Assembly (NCBI GenBank): GCA_000091205.1
Contig: AP006484.2
DNA length: 64,000 nt
Origin: Cyanidioschyzon merolae
Taxonomy: Eukaryota
Strand: one strand, 5' to 3'
The notes beneath the pieces are model-generated. The model saw only the letters and a program-made list of their open reading frames with translations, made no database searches and was not told the DNA's origin. Both the position numbers and the translations under genes were made by a program. Shown one piece after another: positions 52,267 to 64,000 of the stretch; the stretch's first letter is position 1, and the number at the start of each line of letters is the position of its first letter.

Positions 52267-54062
52267 AGCGTTGCCAGCACGTCTCCTCAGAGAGGCGCAC
52301 TGTGGATTCCATCGATCGATACGGAGCTTTCCGGGGCGATCCGTCTACGGGGCAGCGCCTCGACGAGCTACGAACTAGGGAGGCAATGCCCGCTACTATT
52401 TGTGTCGTTTGCAGCTTGCTATCTATCTCGTGAGGAGACCGGGTTTGGGGTTAGCCGAACGTAGAGGTATCTGGAGAGCAACGGTGGTCTTTTGCCTGGT
52501 TATAAGCAGGAATTGTGCGCACAGGGGGGTTCTGGTTAGAATTATCCGTTTTATAGGGTTTAAAAACGCTTGCTGCGGGAGACCTAGCCGTAGCAGAAGC
52601 TGCGTCGGTAGCGTAGACGACTGTAGCAGCGGCTGCTGCAGTCTTGCATGGGGTAAGGCTGGTAATACAGACGACGACAACGGCTGTGACAGTCGCAAGC
52701 ACGTGTCGAGCAGAGCCTAGCGAAAGTGAGCGCCTCGGCTTGTACAGACGTCCACCAGGGACGCGACAGTCGTCTAGTGAGTCGAATCTTCGATCAAACC
52801 GACTGAGTTTGAGGGCAGGCCTACGTATCTGTGAGAAGGAAGCAGGGCCGCTCGGCGCCTTATATACTGTGCGAATCCAGCGCGGCCTTTGTTTTCAAAC
52901 AAAGGTACCCCTGAGTGGTACCCAGTTGTGTGTGCGCTGAAACGCCCTCGACAGCAGCGTCCACCACGAGAACGTCGGGGGTGTGCAGTTTGCGAAGGAG
53001 TGCAGGCCTGTCTGCGACGAACTGAGGTCGTTTCCGGGCAGCTACAGGCCGGTCTTGCTGCCAAGCGTTGGCTGCATCAACTCGGAGGACTCCGCCTCAG
53101 TATTGGACGCTGGGCGCAGAATAACCATAAGGTGGAGTTTTCGGACGAGTGTCGCAGTGGCAACGGAGGCTCCAGCGCCTCTCAGAACAAATCGAGGTCG
53201 CGACAGGCCCACAGCGTCCTCGTTGCTCGTCTACGTCGCACGAGACCCGACCAATTGAGTAGTTCTGGTTCCACGGAGGGAATTACACTGCGGAGCTGCT
53301 GGCCACGCGACCCCGCATCACATCTCCTGAACACTGACGGCAGGGCGCTGGCTCTTGTCGTTTGTTTGGCTCCAGAGTTCCGCAGCAAGTATAGAGCTCG
53401 CACTAGGAAATAAGCGGGTACTGCGCTGGTACCCTGACATCTTGGACTGTACAGAAGAGCGCAGTGTGGAGCTGCGTTTCCGACTTGCGTACTGGACCGA
53501 CGCAACGCCCCCGAGTGTGTGCCTGCGATCCCATGCACAGGGTGTTATCCTTGTGTTCGTTTGTTTCTGCCGCGCTAGACGTGACTTGTTTGCATATCGA
53601 CCCATAACTGAGCCCACTACGCGGAACGCCGCCAGACGCAAAATTATCTGCGCCAAGACTGCATTTTCCCCACGTCTTCGCAGCCGCTTGCAGGAACGAG
53701 CACGTCAACCGTCGCGAACGAAGCATCTTTACCTGGACGCATCGCGGACGGAGTGCGCTGGACTGCACGCGCTCACAGCCTCTAGACTGCAAACCTGACG
53801 GATCAGAGGCGCTGCGCCACTCCAGCGCTTCCGAGGCGGCAGGGGTCAGCTCCCGGTGAATACAGGCCAGTAGCTACGATTAAGGTACCCACGCATCTAC
53901 ATAGCAAGCGAGGAAGGGAGACTTCCGAGCAGTTAAGAATTGAGATTAGGCAAGCGTAGATTTCGTGAAACCCCATCACTGCACCAAGGCGGGCATCCAG
54001 ACGATCAGACAGGTACGCATTGACACCAGACACGTGTAGGCAGGGCGCTGCGGGCGCACCCA

Positions 54063-56267
54063 ATGATGGCGGAGCGTTCACCAATCATCGACGCCATCGA
54101 GGATGCGCAGCGGCCGCTTGTGACCTCCGATTCCGAGATGCGTGCTCGTGACGTGTCAGCGCACGCATGCAGACAGCACGGACACGTGCTGCGGCATACG
54201 ATGCAACGTGTCCCTGCTCGTGTTGAGCTTCCCGAAATGCCGATAGGTGCGAACGACGCATTTACAGCTGCTGAAATATATATAACACCATCATCCATAT
54301 CCGAAAGCGTACCAAGTTCGTGCACATCCTGCGCGACAGCGTCAGCGTGCGACGCAGAGACGCGAAGGCTCGCCGCTATCGCGAAAAGAGGGCGCGCTAC
54401 AAGCCCCTGCGGTGAGCGCTCTTCACAGATGCTCCCGGCGGGTAGAATGCCAGCGAGTAGTGCGGCACCAGCAGCGCCCGAGACGCTCGACTCGATGCCA
54501 TCGTATCCACCCGATCCCGGTCCCGATCCACGGAGCGCTGCGAATAGCATTGGTGCTTCCACCAATGTCGCATCTCACAGCGAGCACAGCGCTTGCGGGT
54601 GCTTGGCTACAGATCAGGACACGAAACCTGAAAACCAGCGCACCACCAGTACGCGGTTCTGCATATGTCGCCAGCCGTACGACGCGCGCCGCAACGGCAT
54701 CATGGTAGCGTGCGACAACCCGACCTGCGCGTACGGCTGGTTCCACATCTCTTGTCTATTTCTGGACGTTTCACGTGTGCGGGCATCTAAGACCTTTATT
54801 TGTCGGTTCTGCTCCGGGACAGGGACGGACCTATTCACTCCAGTGCAGCGACCGAAACGCCCGCGGAGCCAGCATGGACGTCCGGCCGTCACCGATTACG
54901 CCCGCCTCCATGAGGGCGATATAGGCGGTGCCCTGCGGGGCGGCACCTGCGCCGGCGCTCTGAGCGAGGCGGCACGAGCGGCCGCTGAACGCCGGGCTCA
55001 GAGCTGGGCGAAGAACGCCACCAGCGACGCTGGCGGGCTAGCGGCGCATCTGGGGATACTCGTCTACGGCACCGGTGGCGAATTGCAGCGCATGCCCGAT
55101 GCGCCCTGTGTCGTGCTCGATCCCGACGGGCTCGACATGCACATTCCACATCGTGCTTACCATCCCGAGGAGGTCGGGCGCGAGTACGGACTTGAGCGTC
55201 ATTGCGAAGTGCTGGATGTCGCGAGCCAGAGTGAGCTGCATCCCCGCTGGAGCCTGGGGCAGTACCTGGATTACCTGGCAACCGCGCCAGCGTTACGTCA
55301 GCGGGTGCTGAACCTCATCTCCTTGGAGATATCACGAACACCGACAGGGCGAGCGTTCGTGGTGCCGGCGCTGATTCGCCGAGCGGACTGGGCGTCGCTG
55401 TATCCGGAGCCGCGCCCGCATGTTGATAAGTACTACCTTCTGAGCGGCACTGGATCGTGGACCTCGTGGCATATAGACTTTGGCGGATCGACGGTGTTCT
55501 ATCACGTGCTGCGCGGGAAGAAGCGCTTCTACATGTCACCGCCTACAGAGCGCCATCTGCAGCTCTACGAGCGGTGGCAGCGGGATCCGCAACAGGCGCT
55601 GCGTGAGCTAGACTTTGTTGAGGAGCTGAGCCCTATTGCCGTCATTGACCTCGACGCGGGAAACACGTTGTTCATTCCGGCGGGATGGCTGCATGCTGTG
55701 TACACCCCAGCGGACAGCGTTGTGCTGGGAGGCAACATTCTCCACCTGGGCGGCGTTGTCATGCAGCACCGCGTGTTCCAGATGGAGAACCGTCTACGCG
55801 TCTTACCCAAGTACCAGTTCCCGCTGTTTCGAGAGCTTCACTGGCTAGCGCTCCGACAGTATGCCCTTGCACTGCGAGAGGCGCGCACTCCCGGAGCGGT
55901 TTTCCAGACGAGTGCTGTGCACAGCGAACGCCAGCACCTGCGCTGGCTAGTGAAGCACTTGCGAGATCAGTTACATAACGCCTTGACCAGCGCGCCCGCT
56001 GAGTCTCCGAACCCAACCGAACTGCATACGCTGTTGCGGGACCGCATCGGGCTCCCCAGGAGGGTCCAGCTCGCGGACGTGCAGCGCTGGCTGGGCGTTT
56101 TGGAGGAGGCACTGGATACGGCCCACGAGCACGCACCCGAGTCGACAAAGGCCGAACGGAAGCGGACAAGGCGGTTTGAGAAACAACTCCGCCCGAGTCC
56201 CAGCGCTGACGCACTGGACGCGGCGCCCTGTCGCTCGACTCGGATTCGTTCAGAAAAGCGCGTCTGA
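54063..56267 (+). CDS. PHD-finger plus JmjC-domain histone lysine demethylase (JHDM1/KDM7-like), 734 aa
   Basis: PHD: CICRQPYDARRNGIMVACDNPTCAYGWFHISCL...CRFCSG. JmjC: YYLLSGTGSWTSWHIDFGGSTVFYHVLRGKKRFYMSPPT...NTLFIPAGWLHAVYTPADSVVLGGNILH, with Fe(II)-ligand H..D...H spacing. Confidence 0.85.
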   Translation: MMAERSPIIDAIEDAQRPLVTSDSEMRARDVSAHACRQHGHVLRHTMQRVPARVELPEMPIGANDAFTAAEIYITPSSISESVPSSCTSCATASACDAETRRLAAIAKRGRATSPCGERSSQMLPAGRMPASSAAPAAPETLDSMPSYPPDPGPDPRSAANSIGASTNVASHSEHSACGCLATDQDTKPENQRTTSTRFCICRQPYDARRNGIMVACDNPTCAYGWFHISCLFLDVSRVRASKTFICRFCSGTGTDLFTPVQRPKRPRSQHGRPAVTDYARLHEGDIGGALRGGTCAGALSEAARAAAERRAQSWAKNATSDAGGLAAHLGILVYGTGGELQRMPDAPCVVLDPDGLDMHIPHRAYHPEEVGREYGLERHCEVLDVASQSELHPRWSLGQYLDYLATAPALRQRVLNLISLEISRTPTGRAFVVPALIRRADWASLYPEPRPHVDKYYLLSGTGSWTSWHIDFGGSTVFYHVLRGKKRFYMSPPTERHLQLYERWQRDPQQALRELDFVEELSPIAVIDLDAGNTLFIPAGWLHAVYTPADSVVLGGNILHLGGVVMQHRVFQMENRLRVLPKYQFPLFRELHWLALRQYALALREARTPGAVFQTSAVHSERQHLRWLVKHLRDQLHNALTSAPAESPNPTELHTLLRDRIGLPRRVQLADVQRWLGVLEEALDTAHEHAPESTKAERKRTRRFEKQLRPSPSADALDAAPCRSTRIRSEKRV

Positions 56268-56535
56268 GCATGTATGAACGTTGCATATACGTGAAAGAGA
56301 CAAATTGTTGGACGGGTGTGCCTGTGACCGCGAGGCAGGCCTTTGCGAGCAAAAAGCGAATAAAGGATAGCGTCGAATAGGCTGCGGAAGCAACGCGGCC
56401 GTATCGCGAACATGCTTCACGGTATCGCAGTCATGGAATGCACAGCATACAATCTACGCAGCGGCGTACCACGGATCAAAGATCGAATTCTCACTCAACT
56501 TGTCCCACGCATGCGGTTCTTATTCACCAATGCCA

Positions 56536-57994
56536 AAAAATGGAACTTGTGAAGGTCACCATTAGCCAAGTACAACCGTTCCCACTTTCTATAGACGAAA
56601 TTCCAGCCTCACTGGATACCTGATCGCAGCATACCAGTCCCGTGATTCGGACGGGAATCCAATGCCTTCTCTCCCGGCAATTGACTTTCGCATCGCATGT
56701 CGCTAGCCTTCCAGCGCACTGCCTGCACACACGGAGTACTGAACGGCTCTTTTCGATACTCGCTCAACACAGCGACGCTGGACGCTCCGCAGGCACAAGA
56801 CGTTTCCCGATGCTGATCGAGGCGCTCGAGTCCGCTGCATCGCGTGCTTGCGTGCTTTGTTCTTGCCGGTGGATTCACAGCCAGGCAAGCCGCTCGCCTT
56901 CGATCGTCTCGCCATGTGATGATCAACCAGCGTACCGAGCGCCAGCTCGTGTATCTGGCTCTGTTTCTGCACGCTTCCTCTTCACGTGTAGTTGCGAGCC
57001 CCAGTGCCTGTGATGCGTGTACGCCGTCCAGAACGCTTCGCTGGGAATCACACAGAATCGCTTCCTGTTCTCGATAAAGTGCCCAGGGCGTCGAGACCGA
57101 TCCCGAAGGCGTCCTTCCACCTGTCGCGATGCCTGCTGGCGTCCACCAAGCCCGACGCCAGACGAGACCGAGTAATGGCGACGCTGAGCCGCCCCATCAT
57201 GTCTCCGCTCAGGTCTCTGGCTTCGTCCTGTCCCACTGCTTGGCCGCTCTTGTGTTCGGGGCATCGACGCTGTCGATGAGCAGTGCAGAAGCGTATGAGA
57301 TGAAGAAGCCGCATCGTTTGCCCGACGGAGGATGGTGTTTCATACAATTCTATCGACTTGGCGATTTGTAGGCGACCGCACGCGTGACCTGTCGCGGGGT
57401 CCGCTGTTGTCGCTGGTCATGTTCGATTCTTCTTCACGAGCCGCAGTCTTGGCAGGCATCGGGTACCCTTGTACAGTTCTGCAATGCAGTCCGAACGAGG
57501 TCTCATCGCGTGAGACAAGGGCTCGTCGCTCCTGCTACAAGCTGTTGCGTTTCAGTACGAAGTGAGTCATGTTTTGTTCGGCGCGCGACACGCTCGCCCA
57601 GAAGCACGTTTTTCCGTTGGCCACTCACATCCCTTTATCACAGCTCGTATAAACGGTACGGAAACACGAGACCCTTTGGAGGCTTTGGTAGCATTTGGCA
57701 GCGTATGTGTGGAGTAGAATGGACTGAGGGGACCGACGTCGTGCAAGCAGAGTCTGATACTTTCTTTTTCGGATACATGACGTTCTGAACGAGGACTAGG
57801 AAGAGAATAGCCTATGCACCTGCCGACAGCAGAGTGAGTGACTTGACGAGACCGCGGTCCGTTTTTCGCGAGCGATCAGTAAAAGTATCGAGTCTTTTTG
57901 CAACCTTTCTCCTTGTTACAAGACGTATTCGTTTTATTGAAAGCTTTCGATGAAAATCGAACGAAAACAAGAGCGGTTTGCCGGTACTAGTGTT
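56536..57994. repeat. Inverted repeat, left arm (1459 bp). About 99% identical to the reverse complement of 60314-61772.
   Basis: Mirror-image ORF pairs with identical translations lie at coordinates summing to 118308 (57384..57788 with 60520..60924; 56609..56926 with the 3' end of 61133..61699). Boundaries were read directly at 56536/61772 (outer) and 57994/60314 (inner). Confidence 0.95.
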
Positions 57995-60313
57995 ACCTAA
58001 ATACTGTTCTGGATAAGACAATAGCGCCACAGTGGATCCACGGGGAGACTCATCAATCGTGAACCATGGTAAGCAAAAGGCGTCCACAATGTTTGTGCCA
58101 GAGATGTTCTTCCATGGCCAGCGCATTTATCGACATTGCAGCGAACGCCTCGAAGAGGCTCGACATGCAGCTTTTCCCTGAATGCAGCGATCCTTCAATC
58201 CTGATGGGAAGCATGGTTCACGCTCATCAGTTGGAAAGGCCTCCCTAGCGACGCGATCGTCGTTGTCCCAACCACTGGCGGTAGCCGCGCACGCCATGCG
58301 GTGGAACGCACAGAGACTCAATGGATTGATGCCATGAAAAATAACTACAGCAAACCCACTAAGGCGTTCAGTCGAGATACTATAAGTTTTGTATTGAGAA
58401 GATCAAACGTGTACATAACCATGAATGTAAAACCGAATAATGTTGTGTACTGTCTTGGATCCGAGCGAGACCAATCGATTCGCGGAAACGCCGCCAAACA
58501 GAATAAGAGCGTCAGCCAAGCCCAGCTCCGTGCTCGAGTCAGGAGCGCGAGCGCTCCGAAAAACGTCGCCAACAGGCTATAGACTGCAGGCGGCGGCGCT
58601 ACAGTGTGTTCGCGTCGAAATATAACTAGTTCGCTTGGTCTTCTGGGGTCGTCTCTACTCGGCATTCTGTGAAAACAAAAAGTTGCTTTGCTGAGGCACT
58701 GGGAGGAATGCACGCTCAGAGACGCTCACACGCAGAACGGGCCTCAGTGGAAATCGTCTTGTTTCGTGCACGGTGTACAAAAGCCTACCAGCGTCTCCCT
58801 GAAGCGCAAAAGCTGCCGGCTCTGAGGGTATAAAACGTCACGGTTTCCGCGGACGCGTCCCCGTTGCACTGCCTGCAGAGCGACATCCGACCGCACTCCT
58901 GCGGATACGAATGCGCGCGCGCTAGCGCCTGTCCACCGCGTGCTCTGGATGGGAAACGGTGTTCAGTGAGCGAGCGATCGCTGACGTCCGTAGATCGTTT
59001 TTCCTCATAGGTGCGGGATCAATGCATTTAGACCGATTCCCTGCGGATTTTCAATTGATGGGGGCCAGCACGGAAGGTACCTTCTTTCTTGTGCAGGCAC
59101 TCCGAGATTCCATGGACCCGGACCTCTCTTCCAGTCGCTGAAGGGGTTTCGCGTGATCCAGCGACTCAGCGGGTGAAGAGCCTTCATGAAGCGCTTGATG
59201 CAACTCCAAGTGTGCCATGACGGCTACTCTTGCCGTAAGCAAACAAAAATATTTTATGGTGATCATGCAGTGTCGGTTAGAGGCGTCGCAGCTTCTGCAC
59301 AAGTGCAGCATTGCCGAAAAAGCGCTGCTCCCGGAAGAAACCTTTATCACTGCGCTAGTGAATTCATTATTCGGACGAGCGCAGGTGACCTACAGATGAC
59401 CACGTAATACACATCTGAGACTTTATATCGGCATCGGGTTAGAAGAAACCGTTGTATTTCGTTGCATCAGGTATTGGGGCACCTCCAGAGTGCAATGCAC
59501 TGCTTCATGCGGGTGCGATTACGGAGGACGGCGCTCCTCTACACAATAAGCCCGCATTTGCTTATCAGAGAAAGTGCTGGATGATGCCCAGGACTGGCAA
59601 AGCTATGCCATCAAATACGGAACGAGGGTTTATGCTACATTTCTAACTTTCCCATTTGGGCAAGCCTGCATGCAGACCGATAGTGCAAGCGCCCGAAATT
59701 TCTGCGTTGATAGCCGGTACTTGCTTTCGATCCCATTCTATGCATAGAAGCCCTGAACCGCACTCTTTGGGTTTGGCATTCGCTAGAGTGGAGTTCTTGA
59801 TGAGATTCTATCAATAGACCTGCTCCAGCGGTAGTGGACTGGACGAATATACAGAATAGAATGAATCGTGGCACCCTAATAGCGAAGCATGACAGGGTAT
59901 TTTTTCCTCCGTTTTGCTTCGAATCAGCAAAGAAGCATATTCCCAGCTGTCTGAGGTATATTTCAGAGACGGTATTCTGCCGTGCTCACGTGGACACATC
60001 TTCTACAATGGAGAACGCACAGTGATCACCGATTCGGACCTGTCGATAGCTGTTTCACTGGACCACAACAGATCAAATGGCAATTCACAAATATGCTTTG
60101 GCATCAAAATAATTATCAGTGCATGCTTTCCGCCCGAATGGACGGCCTCGCATCAGAACTTCGGCCGGAAGATGGTGCTTGATGTTGTTCGCATTAATGG
60201 GAGCATTGCTGGCCCTAGTATGCATTCGCAAAAGGAACCTTGCCTGGTAGCTGTACTTAAGTCACGCATGCGACGGTCAGTTTGCAGCTGGGACTCAGAA
60301 AAGTGATTGCAGG

Positions 60314-61772
60314 AACACTAGTACCGGCAAACCGCTCTTGTTTTCGTTCGATTTTCATCGAAAGCTTTCAATAAAACGAATACGTCTTGTAACAAGGAGA
60401 AAGGTTGCAAAAAGACTCGATACTTTTACTGATCGCTCGCGAAAAACGGACCGCGGTCTCGTCAAGTCACTCACTCTGCTGTCGGCAGGTGCATAGGCTA
60501 TTCTCTTCCTAGTCCTCGTTCAGAACGTCATGTATCCGAAAAAGAAAGTATCCGACTCTGCTTGCACGACGTCGGTCCCCTCAGTCCATTCTACTCCACA
60601 CATACGCTGCCAAATGCTACCAAAGCCTCCAAAGGGTCTCGTGTTTCCGTACCGTTTATACGAGCTGTGATAAAGGGATGTGAGTGGCCAACGGAAAAAC
60701 GTGCTTCTGGGCGAGCGTGTCGCGCGCCGAACAAAACATGACTCACTTCGTACTGAAACGCAACAGCTTGTAGCAGGAGCGACGAGCCCTTGTCTCACGC
60801 GATGAGACCTCGTTCGGACTGCATTGCAGAACTGTACAAGGGTACCCGATGCCTGCCAAGACTGCGGCTCGTGAAGAAGAATCGAACATGACCAGCGACA
60901 ACAGCGGACCCCGCGACAGGTCACGCGTGCGGTCGCCTACAAATCGCCAAGTCGATAGAATTGTATGAAACACCATCCTCCGTCGGGCAAACGATGCGGC
61001 TTCTTCATCTCATACGCTTCTGCACTGCTCATCGACAGCGTCGATGCCCCGAACACAAGAGCGGCCAAGCAACGGGACAGGACGAAGCCAGAGACCTGAG
61101 CGGAGACCTGATGGGGCGGCTCGGCGTCGCCATTGCTCGGTCTCGTCTGGCGTCGGGCTTGGTGGACGCCAGCAGGCATCACGACAGGTGGAAGGACGCC
61201 TTCGGGATCGGTCTCGACGCCCTGGGCACTTTATCGAGAACAGGAACCGATTCTGTGTGATTCCCAGCGAAGCGTTCTGGACGGCGTACACGCATCACAC
61301 GCACTGGGGCTCGCAACTACACGTGAAGAGGAAGCGTGCAGAAACAGAGCCAGATACACGAGCTGGCGCTCGGTACGCTGGTTGATCATCACATGGCGAG
61401 ACGATCGAAGGCGAGCGGCTTGCCTTGCTGTGAATCCACCGGCAAGAACAAAGCACGCAAGCACGCGATGCAGCGGACTCGAGCGCCTCGATCAGCATCG
61501 GGAAACGTCTTGTGCCTGCGGAGCGTCCAGCGTCGCTGTGTTGAGCGAGTATCGAAAAGAGCCGTTCAGTACTCCGTGTGTGCAGGCAGTGCGCTGGAAG
61601 GCTAGCGACATGCGATGCGAAAGTCAATTGCCAGGAGAGAAGGCATTGGATTCCCGTCCGAATCACGGGACTGGTATGCTGCGATCAGGTATCCAGTGAG
61701 GCTGGAATTTCGTCTATAGAAAGTGGGAACGGTTGTACTTGGCTAATGGTGACCTTCACAAGTTCCATTTTT
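60314..61772. repeat. Inverted repeat, right arm (1459 bp)
   Basis: Reverse complement of 56536-57994 with about 10-15 substitutions. Most cluster in the segment corresponding to 57000-57260. Confidence 0.95.
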
Positions 61773-63354
61773 CGGGACTCGTGAGATTATCCGCCAAAAG
61801 GGACTGCTGCCGCCGATGCGATGCGCTCTCGAGCCATGCACGTCAGCGAAGCGCGCGTTCCCTAGGCCCCACATTGCATCCGGGGTTTCTTTCTCTAAAC
61901 GCTTTGTCAAGGACATAAACCTCTCCGTTTATCTGTCTGGGCTCGACATACGAAGGAGATTTCGTCACCATTTGAAGCAAGAGACTGAAGCGCTATCGAG
62001 GTCGCCTCGGCGCATGCACTTCCAGGGCGCTCCGGCAGGGTCGGGGTCTCCGACCCGCTCAATGGTTTCACTGCCCAGGGTGTTTTCTTCTAGTAGAGAC
62101 CACGCTCAAGGTGTATTGTTTTGGATCTTTATTTTACTGATTGCCACTTTGGAGCGCTTGCGGTGCCTCGGTCGAGATCTTCGCCGACGCTGGCGAACCG
62201 CGCCGCTCAAGCACACGCAACTGCAATCGTTTCCGTCGCACGTCGCACTCCTCGGTAACGAAGCAGCGCTTGCGTCGATCACGAAACACCTAATAGGACG
62301 CGGTGTTCAGAGAGTTACTGTGTTTGATCCGGGCAAAAGGGAGCAGCGAGGGCGCCTTGGCAGGGCAAGCACTCCAGCGAGGCTTGTTCTGGGCCCTGCA
62401 GACGCCACACGTCGCCGTATTGTGGCCATGACGGTAGACCAGCGCGAGCGCATCAGCGATAACAGAGCCTTCTACGATGAACCAGACTTGCTACTCACCT
62501 TGGATGGGCATCTTCACGGGTATCCGGCCACGGCGCTGCGCGTTACGCACCTCCACCGGCTTGCGAATCCGAGTTTATGGGCGGTAGATGAGGCGCTTCG
62601 TCTCTACTTGACAACTGAACGTCGCCAAGGTCGATGAGAGGGCACCTGACTCGATCGCCAGCGCATCGTGCTGCCCGCAAGGTACCTGGCTATGCACTGC
62701 AAAGTATGAAACAACGTTTACTCAGCTTGGGGCTTCAGTGTCGTGTCACGAAGATTTTCACGATGAGCTTGCACGGATCACGAAAAAAGGGCGAACAATG
62801 CGCAATCACTGCGCCGAATTCTGGAATCCCTCGACCATGAACAAGGGCGACCTCCAGGCCCACCTATCAATGCAAAAGCTACAGGTCACCTGTCGTGCTC
62901 TGAATTCATATACAAGCGAGAAGCATTCTACGTGCGAGGGCATCAGCGCCCTAAGTATTCTTTAGCTATTGCTTGAATACAGAGGTCGCCGGGGAGCGCG
63001 CTAGCGAGGTCGCTGGACATCGCCATGCGGTGCAAGCCTCCTTCTACAATACGAATTCGATGCAGCTTCGCACACTCTGATGGAAGTGCACATGCTGCCG
63101 GAGATCGCACCTTCAACCTTACCTCTTCTGCGAACGCAACCATGTTTTATAAATCCGGGAGAAGCGTCCCTGAAAACAACGGAGGCTTGATCAATGCATC
63201 GACGCAGCGAACGTCGCACGGAGACAGGACGGTATGACGCCAAGGCCTCCAAAGACGTGAGCTACGGGGAACGCACGACGCTGTTCGGGACAGCGCTCGT
63301 TGTGCTGGTCTGTGCTCCGACATGCTGCGCACACAGAATACCCATCCCGCATTC

Positions 63355-63394
63355 TAGATTCCACGTACAACGTAAACGTGTTGTCATCGGAAAC
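63355..63394 (+). promoter_or_regulatory. Conserved ~40-nt motif copy C, about 320 bp upstream of the Mrt4 gene
   Basis: tagattccacgtacaacgtaaacgtgttgtcatcggaaaca aligns with copies A and B through the core CAACGYAAMCGW..TGTCATCGR. Confidence 0.3.
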
Positions 63395-63717
63395 AGAGCG
63401 CCGAATCGCCGCGTGGCGATCGCCCCGCCGCTACGCGTCCACTGGTGCGCGTCCAGGTGTGCCGTACGCTGGTCGGCACCTAACGTGACGACTGCTTGGG
63501 TGTCCGTCACGGACGACGTGGAGCAGGCGTTTCAGACGGGGATTCGAGAACTTGTCGCGAATTGCGAGCGATCAAGCGAAATACTGCTTCAGGGTGCCGG
63601 TAATACTGGGAACATCGTTACCAGGCGTGACCTGAGCGAATTATGCCTCGATCAAAGCGTGCACGCCGCTTGGCGTTGCACGGCACAACAACGAAGACGC
63701 GGCAAGAGAAAGCGAAA

Positions 63718-64000
63718 ATGATCGAGCTCGTTCGATCCTTTCTCCCGCCCAAGCATACCAAAATCTATGTTTTCGAATACGGTGATATTCGAAACCAATC
63801 GCTGAAAGAGTTTCGAGAGGAGGTGAAACGGCTTCCGGAGGGCGGTGGTCGGCTCTTTCTCGGTTCGAATAGAGTGTTGCAGGTGGCGCTGGGCCGTTCG
63901 CCTGAGGAGGCGCTGGCGCCCGAACTGCACCAATTAGGGGAAAAACTTCGGGGGAAACGCGGGCTTCTGTTCTGTAGTGCACCTCACGTCTTGGTCCAGG
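63718..64000 (+). CDS. MRT4: mRNA turnover protein 4 (Mrt4, ribosome assembly factor of the uL10/P0 family). 5' fragment, truncated by the window end.
   Basis: MIELVRSFLPPKHTKIYVFEYGDIRNQSLKEFREEVKRLPEGGGRLFLGSNRVLQVALGRSPEEALAPELHQLGEKLRGKRGLLFC parallels MRTO4 ([43 protein letters not shown]...LHQVSKRLRGEVGLLFT). No stop codon before the window ends. Confidence 0.75.
   Translation, partial: MIELVRSFLPPKHTKIYVFEYGDIRNQSLKEFREEVKRLPEGGGRLFLGSNRVLQVALGRSPEEALAPELHQLGEKLRGKRGLLFCSAPHVLVQ

Noticed and set aside
56609-61699. Mirror-image ORFs of 100-190 aa inside the inverted-repeat arms
   Set aside because: Each has an identical reverse-complement twin and none matches a protein family, so their openness is explained by GC richness. 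They are treated as non-coding.
1-64000. tRNA genes
   Set aside because: Scanning intergenic regions for T-arm and anticodon-arm patterns (GTTCGAATC and similar) gave no complete cloverleaf candidates.

Overview
This window looks like a GC-rich (about 58-60%), gene-dense, essentially intron-free eukaryotic nuclear region. Genes alternate between the two strands. Coding runs carry low-complexity tracts (poly-Q, poly-D, poly-A). I cannot identify the organism from the sequence alone; the style fits a compact protist, algal or fungal nuclear genome. I can support about 20 protein-coding genes. Most are conserved housekeeping or chromatin genes.

Genes called (strand in brackets):
- TLDc/Oxr1-like protein (-)
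- two paralogous bromodomain proteins arranged convergently; the minus-strand one also carries a GATA zinc finger
- CSA/ERCC8-like WD40 protein (+)
- bacterial-type UDP-glucose 6-dehydrogenase (+)
- mitochondrial-type ribosomal protein bS21 (-), overlapping the 3' end of the dehydrogenase gene
- tandem DJ-1/PfpI-domain protein (+)
- Mre11 (-)
- C-terminal J-domain protein (+)
- a 1699-aa uncharacterised protein (-)
- RING/U-box-like protein (+)
- multi-pass membrane protein (-)
- Arl2 GTPase (+)
- IWS1/Spn1 (+)
- COQ8/ADCK3 ABC1 kinase (-)
- CCT gamma (-)
- PHD+JmjC histone demethylase (+)
- 5' fragment of Mrt4 at the window end (+)

Non-genic structure:
1. A near-perfect inverted repeat: two 1459-bp arms of about 99% identity around a 2.3-kb spacer (56536-61772), with no credible coding content.
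2. A 75-bp tandem minisatellite of 5.7 copies that runs into the 5' end of a bromodomain gene, so every unit supplies an in-frame ATG.
3. An 82-bp x2 tandem duplication in a divergent promoter.
4. A roughly 40-nt conserved motif present three times, each time 190-480 bp upstream of a plus-strand gene.
5. Two dispersed families of small conserved ORFs of about 70 and 111 aa. Synonymous third-position substitutions suggest both are coding.
6. An AT-richer island (18.9-20.2 kb) carrying a degenerate TnpB/Fanzor-like (RuvC-like) pseudogene. It has an in-frame stop and a frameshift that could be one spliceosomal intron.

No tRNA, rRNA or CRISPR features were found.
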